From the NCBI GenBank assembly GCA_964016885.1, contig OZ024741.1, forward strand, positions 9,610,001 through 9,674,000: a DNA stretch of 64,000 bases. Reading direction: 5' to 3'. Source of the stretch: Eledone cirrhosa (taxonomy: Eukaryota). The position numbers were made by a program, and so were the translations under genes. The notes beneath the pieces are model-generated. The model saw only the letters and a program-made list of their open reading frames with translations. It was not told the origin of the DNA and did no database searches. This document shows positions 29,050-42,720 of this stretch, one piece after another; position 1 is the stretch's first letter; each line of letters begins with the position of its first letter.

Positions 29050-32000
29050 CACAGTGTTGAAACTAAAGGTATCAGAGTGTTGAAACTAAAGGTACCACAG
29101 TGTTGAAACTAATGGTACTACAGTGTTGAAACTAAAGGTACCACGGTGGTGAAACTAAAGGTTCCACAGTGATGTAACTGAAGGTACCACAGTGTTGAAA
29201 CTAAAGGGTCCTCAGTGTTGAAACTAAAGGTACCATAGTGTTGTAACTAAAGGTACCACCGTGCTGTAACTAAAGGTATCAGAATGTTGTAACTAAAGGT
29301 ACCACAGTGTTGAAACTAAAGGTACCACAGTGTTGCAACTAAAGGTACCACAGTGTTGAAACTAAAACTACCACACTGTAGAAACTAAAACTACCACAGT
29401 GTTGAAACTAAAGCAACCACAGTGTTGAAACTAAAGTACCACAGTGTTAAAACTAAAATACCAGAGTGTTGAAACTAAAGGTATCAGAGTGTTGAAACTA
29501 AAGATACCACAGTGTTGAAACTAAAGGTACCACGGTGGTGAAACTAAAGGTTCCACAGTGATGTAACTGAAGGTACCACAGTGTTGAATCTAAAGGTATC
29601 AGAGTGTTGAAACTAAAGGTACCAGAGTGATGTAACTAAATGTACCACAGTGTTGAAACTAAAGGTACCACAATGTTGTAACTAAACGTACCACAGTGTT
29701 AAACCTAAAGGTACCACAGTGCTGAAACTAAAAGTATCAGAATGTTGCAACTAAAGTTACCACAGTGTTGAAATTAAAGATGTCACAGTGTTGAAACTAA
29801 AGTTACCACAGTGTTGAAACTAAAGGTGCCACAGTATTGTAACTAAAGGTACCACAGTGTTGTAACTAAATGTACCATAGTGTTGAAACTAATGGTACCA
29901 CAGTGTTGTAAATAAAGGTACCACAGTGTTGAATCTAAAGGTGCAACAATGTTGTAACTAAATGTACCACAGTGTTGAAACTAACGCTATCAGAACGTTG
30001 AAACTAAAGGTACCACAGTGTTGAAACTTAAGGTATCATAGTGTTGAAACTAAAGGTACCACAGTGTTGAAACTAAAGGTACCACAGTGTTGAAACTAAA
30101 GGTATCAGAGTGTTGAAACTAAAGGTACCACGATGGTGAAACTAAAGATACCACAGTGATTAACTAAATGTACCACAGTGTTGTAACTAAATGTACAATA
30201 GTGTTGAAACTAATGGTACCACAGTGTTGTAACTAAAGATACCACAGTGTTGAAACTAAAGGTACCACAGTGTTGAAACTAATGGTATTACAGTGTTGAA
30301 ACTAAAGGTACCACAGTGTTGAAACTAAAGGTACCACAGTGTTGAAACTAAAGGTACCACGGTGTTGAAACTAAAGGTATCAGAGTGTTGAAACTAAAGG
30401 TACCACAGTGTTGAAACTAAAGGTATCAGAGTGTTGAAACTAAAGGTACCACGGTGGTGAAACTAAAGGTTCCACAGTGATGTAACACAAGGTACCACAG
30501 TGTTGAAACTAAAGGTACCTCAGTGTTGAAACTAAAGATACCATAGTGTTGTAACTAAAGGTACCACCGTGCTGTAACTAAAGGTATAAGAATGTTGTAA
30601 CTAAAGGTAACACAGTGTTGAAACTAAAGGTACCACAGTGTTGCAACTAAAGGTACCACAGTGTTGAAACTAAAACTACCACACTGTAGAAATTAAAACT
30701 ACCACAGTGTTGAAACTAAAGCTACCACAGTGTTGAAACTAAAGTACCACAGTGTTAAAACTAAAGTACCAGAGTGTTGAAACTAAAGGTATCAGAGTGT
30801 TGAAACTAAAGGTACCACAGTGTTGAGACTAAAGGTACCACGGTGGTGAAACTAAAGGTTCCACAGTGATGTAACTGAAGGTACCACAGTGTTGAATCTA
30901 AAGGTATCAGAGTGTTGAAACTAAAGGTACCGGAGTGATGTAACTAAATTTACCACAGTGTTGAAACTAAAGGTACCACAATGTTGTAACTAAACGTACC
31001 ACAGTGTTAAACCTAAAGGTACCACAGTGCTGAAACTAAAGGTATCAGAATGTTGCAACTAAAGTTACCACAGTGTTGAAATTAAAGATGTCACAGTGTT
31101 GAAACTAAAGGTACCACAGTGTTGAAACTAAAGGTATCAGAGTGTTGAAACTAAAGGTACCACAGTGTTGAAACTAATGGTACTACAGTGTTGAAACTAA
31201 AGGTACCACGGTGGTGAAACTAAAGGTTCCACAGTGATGTAACTGAAGGTACCACAGTGTTGAAACTAAAGGGTCCTCAGTGTTGAAACTAAAGGTACCA
31301 TAGTGTTGTAACTAAAGGTACCACCGTGCTGTAACTAAAGGTATCAGAATGTTGTAACTAAAGGTACCACAGTGTTGAAACTAAAGGTACCACAGTGTTG
31401 CAACTAAAGGTACCACAGTGTTGAAACTAAAACTACCACACTGTAGAAACTAAAACTACCACAGTGTTGAAACTAAAGCAACCACAGTGTTGAAACTAAA
31501 GTACCACAGTGTTAAAACTAAAGTACCAGAGTGTTGAAACTAAAGGTATCAGAGTGTTGAAACTAAAGGTACCACAGTGTTGAAACTAAAGGTACCACGG
31601 TGGTGAAACTAAAGGTTCCACAGTGATGTAACTGAAGGTACCACAGTGTTGAATCTAAAGGTATCAGAGTGTTGAAACTAAAGGTACCAGAGTGATGTAA
31701 CTAAATGTACCACAGTGTTGAAACTAAAGGTACCACAATGTTGTAACTAAACGTACCACAGTGTTAAACCTAAAGGTACCACAGTGCTGAAACTAAAGGT
31801 ATCAGCATGTTGCAACTAAAGTTACCACAGTGTTGAAATTAAAGATGTCACAGTGTTGAAACTAAAGGTACCACAGTGTTGAAACTAAAGGTGCCACAGT
31901 ATTGTAACTAAAGGTACCACAGTGTTGTAACTAAATGTACCATAGTGTTGAAACTAATGGTACCACAGTGTTGTAAATAAAGGTACCACAGTGTTGAATC

Positions 32001-33190
32001 TAAAGGTGCAACAATGTTGTAACTAAATGTACCACAGTGTTGAAACTAACGGTATCAGAACGTTGAAACTAAAGGTACCACAGTGTTGAAACTTAAGGTA
32101 TCATAGTGTTGAAACTAAAGGTACCACAGTGTTGAAACTAAAGGTACCACAGTGTTGAAACTAAAGGTATCAGAGTGTTGAAACTAAAGGTACCACGGTG
32201 GTGAAACTAAAGATACCACAGTGATTAACTAAATGTACCACAGTGTTGTAACTAAATGTACAATAGTGTTGAAACTAATGGTACCACAGTGTTGTAACTA
32301 AAGATACCACAGTGTTGAAACTAAAGGTACCACAGTGTTGAAACTAATGGTATTACAGTGTTGAAACTAAAGGTACCACAGTGTTGAAACTAAAGGTACC
32401 ACAGTGTTGAAACTAAAGGTACCACGGTGTTGAAACTAAAGGTATCAGAGTGTTGAAACTAAAGGTACCACAGTGTTGAAACTAAAGGTATCAGAGTGTT
32501 GAAACTAAAGGTACCACGGTGGTGAAACTAAAGGTTCCACAGTGATGTAACTGAAGGTACCACAGTGTTGAAACTAAAGTTACCTCAGTGTTGAAACTAA
32601 AGATACCATAGTGTTGTAACTAAAGGTACCACCGTGCTGTAACTAAAGGTATCAGAATGTTGTAACTAAAGGTAACACAGTGTTGAAACTAAAGGTACCA
32701 CAGTGTTGCAACTTAAGGTACCACAGTGTTGAAACTAAAACTACCACACTGTAGAAACTAAAACTACCACAGTGTTGAAATTAAAGCTACCACAGTGTTG
32801 AAACTAAAGTACCACAGTGTTAAAACTAAAGTACCAGAGTGTTGAAACTAAAGGTATCAGAGTGTTGAAACTAAAGGTACCACAGTGTTGAGACTAAAGG
32901 TACCACGGTGGTGAAACTAAAGGTTCCACAGTGATGTAACTGAAGGTACCACAGTGTTGAATCTAAAGGTATCAGAGTGTTGAAACTAAAGGTACCAGAG
33001 TGATGTAACTAAATGTACCACAGTGTTGAAACTAAAGGTACCACAATGTTGTAACTAAACGTACCACAGTGTTAAACCTAAAGGTACCACAGTGCTGAAA
33101 CTAAAGGTATCAGAATGTTGCAACTAAAGTTACCACAGTGTTGAAATTAAAGATGTCACAGTGTTGAAACTAAAGGTACCACAGTGTTGA
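29050..33190. repeat. Higher-order repeat in satellite: 2 copies of a 2065-bp (about 90-monomer) block
   Basis: GGGTCCTCAG at 29206/31271 and GTGCAACAAT at 29941/32006 (offset 2065). Boundaries approximate. Confidence 0.85.
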
Positions 33191-36100
33191 AACTAAAGGT
33201 GCCACAGTATTGTAACTAAAGGTACCACAGTGTTGTAACTAAATGTACCATAGTGTTGAAACTAATGGTACCACAGTGTTGTAAATAAAGGTACCACAGT
33301 GTTGAATCTAAAGGTACCACAATGTTGTAACTAAATGTACCACAGTGTTGAAACTAACGCTATCAGAATGTTGAAACTAAAGGTACCACAGTGTTGAAAC
33401 TAAAGGTATCATAGTGTTGAAACTAAAGGTACCACAGTGTTGAAACTAAAGGTACCACAGTGTTGAAACTAAAGGTATCAGAATGTTGAAACTAAAGGTA
33501 CCACGGTGGTGAAACTAAAGGTACCACAGTGATTAACTAAATGTACCACAGTGTTGTAACTAAATGTACCATAGTGTTGAAACTAATGGTACCACAGTGT
33601 TGTAACTAAAGATACCACAGTGTTGAAACTAAAGGTACCACAGTGTTGAAACTAATGGTATTACAGTTTTGAAACTAAAGGTACCACCGTGTTGAAACTA
33701 AAGGTACCACAGTGTTGAAACTAAAGGTACCACGGTGTTGAAACTAAAGGTATCAGAGTGTTGAAACTAAAGGTACCACAGTGTTGAAACTAAAGGTATC
33801 AGAGTGTTGAAACTAAAGGTACCACAGTGTTGAAACTAATGGTACTACAGTGTTGAAACTAAAGGTACCACGGTGGTGAAACTAAAGGTTCCACAGTGAT
33901 GTAACTGAAGGTACCACAGTGTTGAAACTGAAGGTACCTCAGTGGTGAAACTAAAGGTACCACAGTGTTGAAACTAAAGCAACCACAGTGTTGAAACTAA
34001 AGTACCACAATGTTAAAACTAAAGTACCAGAGTGTTGAAACTAATGGTATCAGAGTGTTGAAACTAAAGGTACCACAGTGTTGAAACTAAATGTACCACA
34101 GTGTTGAGACTAAAGATACCACGGTGGTGAAACTAAAGGTTCCACAGTGATGTAACTGAAGGTACAACAGTGTTGAATCTAAAGTTATCAGAGTGTTGAA
34201 ACTAAAGGAACCACAGTGTTGAAACTAAAGGTATCAGAGTGTTGAAACTAAAGGTACCACAGTGTTGAAACTAATGGTACTACAGTGTTGAAACTAAAGG
34301 TACCACGGTGGTGAAACTAAAGGTTCCACAGTGTTGAAACTAAAACTACCACACTGTAGAAACTGAAGGTACCTCAGTGGTGAAACTAAAGGTACCATAG
34401 TGTTGTAACTAAAGGTACCACCGTGCTGTAACTAAAGGTATCAGAATGTTGTAACTAAAGGTACCACAGTGTTGAAACTAAAGGTACCACAGTGTTGCAA
34501 CTAAAGGTACCACAGTGTTGAAACTAAAACTACCACACTGTAGAAACTAAAACTACCACAGTGTTGAAACTAAAGCTACCACAGTGTTTAAACTAAAGTA
34601 CCACAATGTTAAAACTAAAGTACCAGAGTGTTGAAACTAAAGGTATCAGAGTGTTGAAACTAAAGGTACCACAGTGTTGAAATTAAAGATGTCACAGTGT
34701 TGAAACTAAAGGTACCACAGTGTTGAAACTAAAGGTGCCACAGTATTGTAACTAAAGGTACCACAGTGTTGTAACTAAATGTACCATAGTGTTGAAACTA
34801 ATGGTACCACAGTGTTGTAAATAAAGGTACCACAATGTTGTAACTAAATGTACCACAGTGTTGAAACTAACGCTATCAGAATGTTGAAACTAAAGGTACC
34901 ACAGTGTTGAAACTAAAGGTAACATAGTGTTGAAACTAAAGGTACCACAGTGTTGAAACTAAAGGTACCACAGTGTTGAAACTAAAGGTATCAGAGTGTT
35001 GAAACTAAAGGTACCACGGTGGTGAAACTAAAGGTACCACAGTGATTAACTAAATCTACCACAGTATTGTAACTAAATGTACCATAGTGTTGAAACTAAT
35101 GGTACCGCAGTGTTGTAACTAAAGATACCACAGTGTTGAAACTAAAGGTACCACAGTGTTGAAACTAATGGTATTACAGTGTTGAAACTAAAGGTATCAG
35201 AGTGTTGAAACTAAAGGTACCACAGTGTTGAAACTAAAGCTATCAGAGTGTTGAAACTAAAGGTACGACAGTGATGTAACTAAATGTACCATAGTGTTGA
35301 AAATAAAGGTACCACAGTATTGAAATTAAAGGTATCATAGTGTTGAAACTAAAGGTACCACAGTGTTGTAATTAAAGGTACCACAGTGTTGAAACTAAAG
35401 GTATCAGAGTGTAGAAACTAAAGGTACCACAGTGTTGTAACTAATGGAACCACAGTGTTGAGACTAAATGTATCACAATGTTGAAACTAAAGGTACCACA
35501 GTGATGTAAGTTAAGGTACCACAATGTTGTAACTAAATGTACCAGAGTGTTCAAACTAAATGTATCATAGTTTGGAAACTAAAGGTACCTCAGTGTTGAA
35601 ACTAAAGGTACCATAGTGTTGTAACTAAAGGTACCACAGTGTTGTAACTAAATGTATCAGAGTGTTGAAACTAAGGGTACCACAGTGTTGAAACTAAAGA
35701 TACCACAGTGTTGCAACTAAAGGTACCACAGTGTTGAAACTAAAACTACCACACTGTAGAAACTAAAACTACCACAGTGTTGAATCTAAAGGTATCACAG
35801 TGTTGAAACTAAAGCTACCACAGTGTTGAAACTAAAGCTACCACAGTGTTGAAACTAATGTACCACAGTGTTTAAACTAAAGGTATCACAATTTTGAAAC
35901 TAAAGTACCACAGTGTTGAAACTAAAGTACCAGAGTGTTGAAACTAAAGTTACCACAGTGTTGAAACTAAAGGTACCACAGTGTTGAAACTAAAGGTATC
36001 AGAGTGTTGAAACTATAGGTACCACAGTGTTGAATCAAAAGGTATCAGAGTGTTGAAACTAAAGGTTCCAGAGCGATGTAACTAAATGTACCAGAGTGTT

Positions 36101-38230
36101 GAAACTAAAGTACGACAGTGTTGAAACTAAAGGTACATCAGTGTTGAAACTAAAGGTACCACAGTGATGTAACTAAATGTACCAGAGTGTTTAAACGAAA
36201 GATACCACAGTGTTGTAACTAAAGGTACCACAGTGTTGAAACTAAAGGTACCACAGTGCTGAAACTAAAGGTATCAGAATGTTGTAACTAAAGTTACCAC
36301 AGTGTTGAAATTAAAGATGTTACAGTGTTGAAACTAAAGGTACCACAGTGTTGAAACTAAAGGTGCCACAGTATTGTAACTAAAGGTACCACATTGTTGT
36401 AACTAAATGTACCACAGTGTTGAAACTAATGATACCACAGTGTTGAAACTAAAGGTACCACAGTGTTGAAACTAAAGATACCACAGTGTTGAAACTAAAG
36501 GAACCACAGTATTGAAACTAAAGGTGCCACAGTGTTGAAACTAAAGATATCAGAGTGTTGAAACTAAAGGTACCACAGTGTTTAAATTAAAGGTACCACA
36601 GTGTTGAAACTAAATGTAGCACGGTGTTGAAACTAAAGGTATCAGAGTGTTGAAACTAAAGGTACCACAGTGTTGAAACCAAAGGTACCACAGTGTTGTA
36701 ACTAAAGGTACCACAGTGTTGAAACTAAAGCTATCAGAGTGTTGAAACTAAAGGTACCACAGTGATGTAACTAAATGTACCAGAGTATTGAAACTAAAGG
36801 TACCACAGTGATGAAACTAAATGTACCAGAGTGTTGAAACTAAAGGTACCACAGTGTTGAAACTAAAAGTACCACAGTGTTGTAGCTGAAGGTAGCACAG
36901 TGTAGAAACTAAAGGTACCAAAGTGTTGAAACTAGAGGTACCACAGTGTTGTAAGTAAAGCTACCATAGTGTTGTAACTAAAGTTACCACATTGTTGAAA
37001 CTAGAGGTACCACAGTGTTGAAACTAAAGGTACCACAGTGTTGAAACTAAAGTTATCAGAATGTTGCAACTAAAGGTACCAGAATGTTGTAACTAAAGGT
37101 ACCACAGTGTTGAAACTAAAGCTATCAGAGTGTTGAAACTAAAGGTACCACAGTGATGTAACTAAATGTACCAGAGTATTGAAACTAAAGGTACCACAGT
37201 GATGAAACTAAATGTACCAGAGTGTTGAAACTAAAGGTACCACAGTGTTGAAAGTAAAAGTACCACAGTGTTGTAGCTGAAGGTAGCACAGTGTTGAAAC
37301 ATAAGGTACCACAGTGTTGAAACTAAAGTTATCAGAATGTTGCAACTAAAGGTACCAGAATGTTGTAACTAAAGGTACCACAGTGTTGAAACTAAAGGTA
37401 CCACAGTGTTGAAACTAAAAGTACCACAGTGTTGAAACTAAACGTATCAGAGTTTTGAAACTAAAGGTACCACAGTGATGTAACTAAATGTACCAGAGTG
37501 TTGAATCTAAAGGTACCAGAGTGTTGAAACTAAAGGTACCACAGTGTTGAAACTAAATGTACCACAGTGTTGTAACTAAAGGTACCACAGTGTTGAAACT
37601 AAAGTTATCAGAGTGTTGTAACTAAAGATACCACAGTGTTGAAATTAAAGGTACCACAGTGTTGTAACTAAAGGTACCACAGTATTGTAACTAAAGGTAC
37701 CTAAGTGTTGAACTAAAGGTACCACAGTTTTGAAACTAAAGGTACCACAGTGTTGAAACTAAAGGTTCGACAGTGTTGAAACTAAAGGTACCACAGTGTT
37801 GAAACTAAAGGTACCACAGTGTTGAAACTAAAGGTAACACGGTGTTGAAACTAAAGGTATCAGAGTGTTGAAACTAAAGGTACCACAGTGTTAAAACAAA
37901 AAGTACCACAGTGTTGTAACTAAAGGTTTAACAGTATTGAAACTAAAGCTCTCAGAGTGTTGAAACTAAAGGTACCACAGTGGTGTAACTAAGGGTACCA
38001 CAGTCTTGAAACTAAAGTTATGAGAGTGTTGAAACTAAAGGTACCACAGTGTTGAAACTAAAGGTACCACAGTGTTGAAACTAAAGGTACCATAGTGTTG
38101 TAACTAAAGGTACCAGAGTGTTGAAACTAAAGGTACCATAGTGTTGAAACTAAAGGTACCACAGCCCAAATTAAGCCGTACAGTGTTCGGCAACTATCCT
38201 CGCCTTTTTGTTCAACACCGACAAAGGAAC

Positions 38231-38269
38231 GATGAACTAGTTTCAAGCGTATTAGCTATCGTCAGCATC
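38231..38269 (-). ncRNA. Minimal type I hammerhead ribozyme motif
   Basis: Minus strand: gatg-CTGACGA-t-agc-taatac-gct-t-GAAAC-ta-GTT-catc. Stem I gatg/catc, stem II agc/gct, palindromic AACTAGTT stem III, GUU cleavage triplet. Confidence 0.75.
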
Positions 38270-38382
38270 TTATACTTTCTTGTCAGATAATTGAACGCTT
38301 GAAAGTATATATTTTCCTTATGCATATTAATGGTTGAGCATCCTAATTTGCATATCGAGTGATTTAGTCGGCCGGGCGTACC

Positions 38383-38440
<58 letters not shown>

Positions 38441-38875
38441 GGAATATACATATATATATACATATATATATATATGTATATTCGGTATATATCTATGTGT
38501 GTGTCCGTCTGTGTGTGCATGCATGTGCTGCATAATTTTGCTCGTTACTGAAACCTAACTACGTCTGCCTGTATCATTGTATGCTCTCTCTCCACATATA
38601 CTTCTTGGAATACATCCCATGAAGACAGTATTGGTTCTGACATCAACCTCTCTTACATGGCAATTTAAAGAATACAGCCGTCTATGTTGTTCGTTGGTAG
38701 ATTAAGTTTAAAGAATGCCTGCTTAATAGCCGTCAGCATTGAAAAACAGCTTTCAACGACATTTGATGAAACATTTTGTAACTTAACCCCGTGTTTTAAT
38801 GACTACGTTTACAACTGTAAGTATATGATTGGATAAGATATTACGAATATATTACATATTATATAGTATATATTT

Positions 38876-38908
<33 letters not shown>

Positions 38909-38938
38909 GTGAATATGTATATATATATATATATTCAC

Positions 38939-39036
<98 letters not shown>

Positions 39037-39223
39037 TTATATATATACATATATATACACTATATTATATAAAACACATGCCACCTTCCTAGGTAATCGG
39101 AGTTTACAAAAACAAGCTGATGTTATCTCCAGTTATAGGAAAGTGTATAATTGCTGATATACATATATATATATATATACACATATATATATATATATTT
39201 ATGTGTGTATATATGTATGTCTG

Positions 39224-39260
<37 letters not shown>

Positions 39261-39374
39261 TGTGTGCGCGTGTGTGTGTTAGTATGTGTGTGTATGTGCG
39301 TGTGTTAGTGTGTCTGTGTGTGAAACATATTTCGTCTTTTCCATGTGTATATACTTGTATAAGGTGATACAATC

Positions 39375-39495
39375 ATAGGATCGTTAAATCGCCGGATAGA
39401 ATGCTTTACTTTATTTCATGTCTCTCTGTGTTCTGAGATCAAATCCCACCTTGGTCAGCTTCACTTTTCATCATTTTGAAGTCGATAAATTGATT
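39375..39495 (+). mobile_element. Degenerate tRNA-derived SINE fragment (octopus-like)
   Basis: B-box-like GAGATCAAATCC followed by cttttcatcattttgaagtcgataaat, the same body as the SINE at 57315-57390. Confidence 0.65.
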
Positions 39496-39499
39496 AGCG

Positions 39500-39652
39500 A
39501 TCCCACTCACCACCATAGGCGCTGAGCTGGCCAGCGGCAGGTGTGAGCCTCGCTAGCTTGAATTGATTTTCCAGCGCGTCTCCCTTGCCCTCCTCCGGGG
39601 CAACGCCATCTCCATTCTGTCCCCCGGGGCTGCGGGGAGGCCACAAATATGA
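39500..39652 (+). mobile_element. 3' fragment of CRE-like non-LTR retrotransposon (restriction-like endonuclease C-terminus)
   Basis: Translates IPLTTIGAELASGRCEPR*LELIFQRVSLALLRGNAISILSPG, matching the conserved 'FQR.SLA..RGNA..IL' C-terminal motif; GC-rich island with one internal stop. Confidence 0.75.
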
Positions 39653-40142
39653 TTGACTGACTTGACATTTCATCAGTCAGATGTTCTAATGATTCTATAT
39701 ATATACGTTCATATATATAGAGAGATCTATGTGCATATGTATGAATGTCCTATGAAAGATAATTTATATAAGACTGTTCATCACTTATTCTCGGTCTCTC
39801 TGGAAGAAATTGACTTTATTCAGACCTAGAATGGGATTCGATCCGCCATACATAGCGAGGGTTTTCCTTACGACTCAAGCAGAAGTTAAAGGTCCCAGAT
39901 ATTTCTATACATATATCCATACCCATGTAACACCCACAACTAATATTTCCAGCCACACAGTAGACATTGATTAAAGAGTACACTAAAAGTTGTTAAAATC
40001 AAAGGCTAAATGGCGAAACTATTACACACCCACACATCCCCGACTCTTTCCCTCTCGCCCTCCCTCTCTCTCTATATATATATACATATAAATATATATA
40101 TATATGTATGTATGTATATATACAGAGAAAGTGTATTATTAC

Positions 40143-40174
<32 letters not shown>

Positions 40175-40245
40175 GTAATAATAATAAATTTGAAGACTAA
40201 AATCCAAAGAGGGCTGTTATTTTAATAAATATATATATATATATA

Positions 40246-40295
<50 letters not shown>

Positions 40296-40303
40296 CACAT
40301 ACA

Positions 40304-40382
<79 letters not shown>

Positions 40383-40416
40383 ACAGAGAAAGTGAGAAAG
40401 ATAGGTAGATATATAT

Positions 40417-40477
<61 letters not shown>

Positions 40478-41039
40478 GTATATATTTATAATATATATAA
40501 ATATATATATATATGTGTGTGTGTGTATATATATATATAACAGTGGCTATTATATTTGCAAACAAAGCCTTAACACGTAACAATACAAATGGCCTCTTCA
40601 TTTAGTTTGTTAGCGGACGCCATTAATATCTAATATCTCGTTAATCCATTCATTCATTTTGTTGTTGTTTTTTCTCTTTCGTCTTTCTGATTACTTACAT
40701 CAACATTATCGTTGTTATATCAACAGTATCATTGTTATGACCAACAATACGCTCACCTAACACTATTATCATTATTGTAATTACTTTCACAGCTATAAAT
40801 GAAAATCGTGTGTCTTGAAAATATAATTAAGACTCATTTAGGAAGTCTGAACGAAGTCTCGTCTTTTATTATATCAGTTCATTCACCTCTTTAGTGATTT
40901 CTGTTGGTTTCTAGTAAATTCTATGTTGAACCTTCCAGTTTGATCTTTATTCTGCTTTAGTAGATTTCCTTACAAGTTTAATATTATCGTTCCCTTCATT
41001 CCAAGTTTATTTCCCGTGTGTTCCTGCTCTAAAACTTCA

Positions 41040-41450
41040 ATTCGGTATTCGTAATTACCCTTAAATACGGTCATGAATTTGGGATAATGACCGAAAGAAT
41101 ACAATCGCCAACACAACCGATCGAAATGGCGCCCCTCCGAAGGGACTTTGGAGTAATGTTACTGGATAGTGGGAGTATCAAGGATATAAGAGAGTCACTC
41201 CAGGTAGAGCCGCTATTTTTCCACATCGAGAGAACACGGCTCCGTTATTACGGACGTGAGGTTAGAATGTCTAGCGAGTTTATGGGCAAAGCCAACAGAT
41301 AGAAAGATCTTTGGATAACATCGGTCAACTCGGTCTCGCTTGGGGATCAAGCCAGGTCATTGTGAACCAGTTGCTTCCGTAGGAATATTCCTAAAGGTGT
41401 GTCTGAGGACTCTGCTCAGTTGACCTTCTTCAGGAATAAATGGACAAAGA
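41040..41450 (+). mobile_element. Degenerate RTE-clade LINE 3' fragment
   Basis: LKYGHEFGIMTERIQS...EMAPLRR...IRESLQVEPLFFHIERTRLRYYG resembles the RTE post-RT region (LTYG.E.W.MT...EM..LRR...IRE.L...LRWYGH); same family as 44435-44902. Confidence 0.8.
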
Positions 41451-41628
41451 AGTTTGGTGCTCCACCACCATCAGTCACACTGCTCTCTCCTCTCTTTCTT
41501 CCCCCAATTCTGTTTGATGTTTTCTTTGCCACTTTCTATAGCCTCACCCCCATCTCTTTTTAATCTTCAGATTTTAGTCTTCACTTCACATCTATCATTA
41601 CTATATACATATATATATATATATATAT

Positions 41629-42264
41629 GTAGCTCTGATTCCTATGATTCATCGAGCGCTTGCCACACATATCGGACGTTGATTTTCGTTAATTCCTGAG
41701 CTGAAAACGATTCTCGCTAATTTATATTTGTATTAATCTCCAGAGTCTAGCTATTGAGCAGTTAATTTTATTGATTTTTTCAGTTACTTATATTGACTGT
41801 TGAATAGCTCTGTTATATTTAACTATTCTGTCGAGAGCTTTATTCGATTTGTGATATTTTGCATTCTCGCAATAATACACAACTGAATCATTCGCTTAAT
41901 AGAGGTGTTACCTCCCTTACTGAATCCCACGAGGGGTCAGTAATAGCCACACTATCTATAGCATCTTGGAGCAAAACCCGTTGATAACACGACTTCCTTG
42001 TTCATCATCTCACCAGAAGTCCAACATTCTTTATGTAGGCGGACAGTACCTGATTTGGAGTCGCAGAAACCAATACTGGATTTTACCATCAGTCCAGGGT
42101 CCGGGAAAGTATCAACACATATATTTTTATTGTTTGACCCGAATTACTTGGTCGTTTTGTTTTGGCTGTGCGGATGATATGTTTAACTATCATCTCAGTG
42201 TGTTTGGCCCTAAACGTATGTTGTAGCTCTGATTCATATGATTCATCGAGCGCTTGCCACACAT

Positions 42265-42267
<3 letters not shown>
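41629..42267. mobile_element. Non-coding element with 45-bp terminal direct repeats (594-bp period) inserted in (TA)n
   Basis: gtagctctgattc(c/a)tatgattcatcgagcgcttgccacacatatc at 41629-41673 and 42223-42267; TA tracts on both sides; diverged relative at about 46367-46468. Confidence 0.6.
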
Positions 42268-42317
<50 letters not shown>

Positions 42318-42330
42318 GTATATAAATATA

Positions 42331-42525
42331 TAACGAAGTAGTTGTGGTAAGGAACCAGATGGACCATAACGTACCAGAGTACTCAATACTTAGGGTAGTA
42401 GAAGGGGTAATAGGAGAAAGTATGACTCCAACGGCAGAGCTCAAGCCGTTTCGACGGCTAATTCTGGACTCCAGAATTAGCCGTCGAAACGGCTTGACCT
42501 CTGCAGTCGGGGTCATAATTTCTCC

Positions 42526-42527
<2 letters not shown>
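42331..42527. mobile_element. Dispersed fold-back element (family also at 51190-51361 and 60101-60295), probable Penelope-type pLTR fragment
   Basis: About 58-bp inverted arms 42411-42527 centred at 42469; shares the gtattgagtactctgg... tail with the other two copies; flanked by (TA)n. Confidence 0.7.
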
Positions 42528-42557
<30 letters not shown>

Positions 42558-42561
<4 letters not shown>

Positions 42562-42720
42562 ATATAGAAAGGCTTCTACAGGATTAGAACTGTTTCATTC
42601 GGGAGAAGTCATCAGGAAGAATGAAACAGTTCTAGTTCTGTAGAAACCTTTCTATATTAAATATTTATACTCTGCTTTGTATCGAGTACCTTACTTACTG
42701 TGGTTACCCCTGAACCCGGG
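42558..42720. mobile_element. Fold-back element with hammerhead-like core in the loop
   Basis: Inverted arms 42558-42600/42619-42661; minus strand across the loop reads CTGATGA-c-ttc-tccc-gaa-t-GAAAC; related piece at 55198-55262. Confidence 0.6.

Larger units (their letters stand above)
1..38164. repeat. 23-bp tandem satellite DNA (consensus GGTACCACAGTGTTGAAACTAAA), about 1650 units, runs off the left edge
   Basis: Continuous head-to-tail 23-mers (some 22-mers) with recurrent variants (GTAAC/GAAAC, ATCAGA/ACCACA); no ORFs; ends abruptly at ...GGTACCACAG|CCCAAATT. Confidence 0.98.

Noticed and set aside
1-38164. CRISPR array (GTTGAAAC resembles CRISPR repeat ends)
   Set aside because: Monomers are contiguous with no unique spacers, no cas genes, eukaryotic repeat context.
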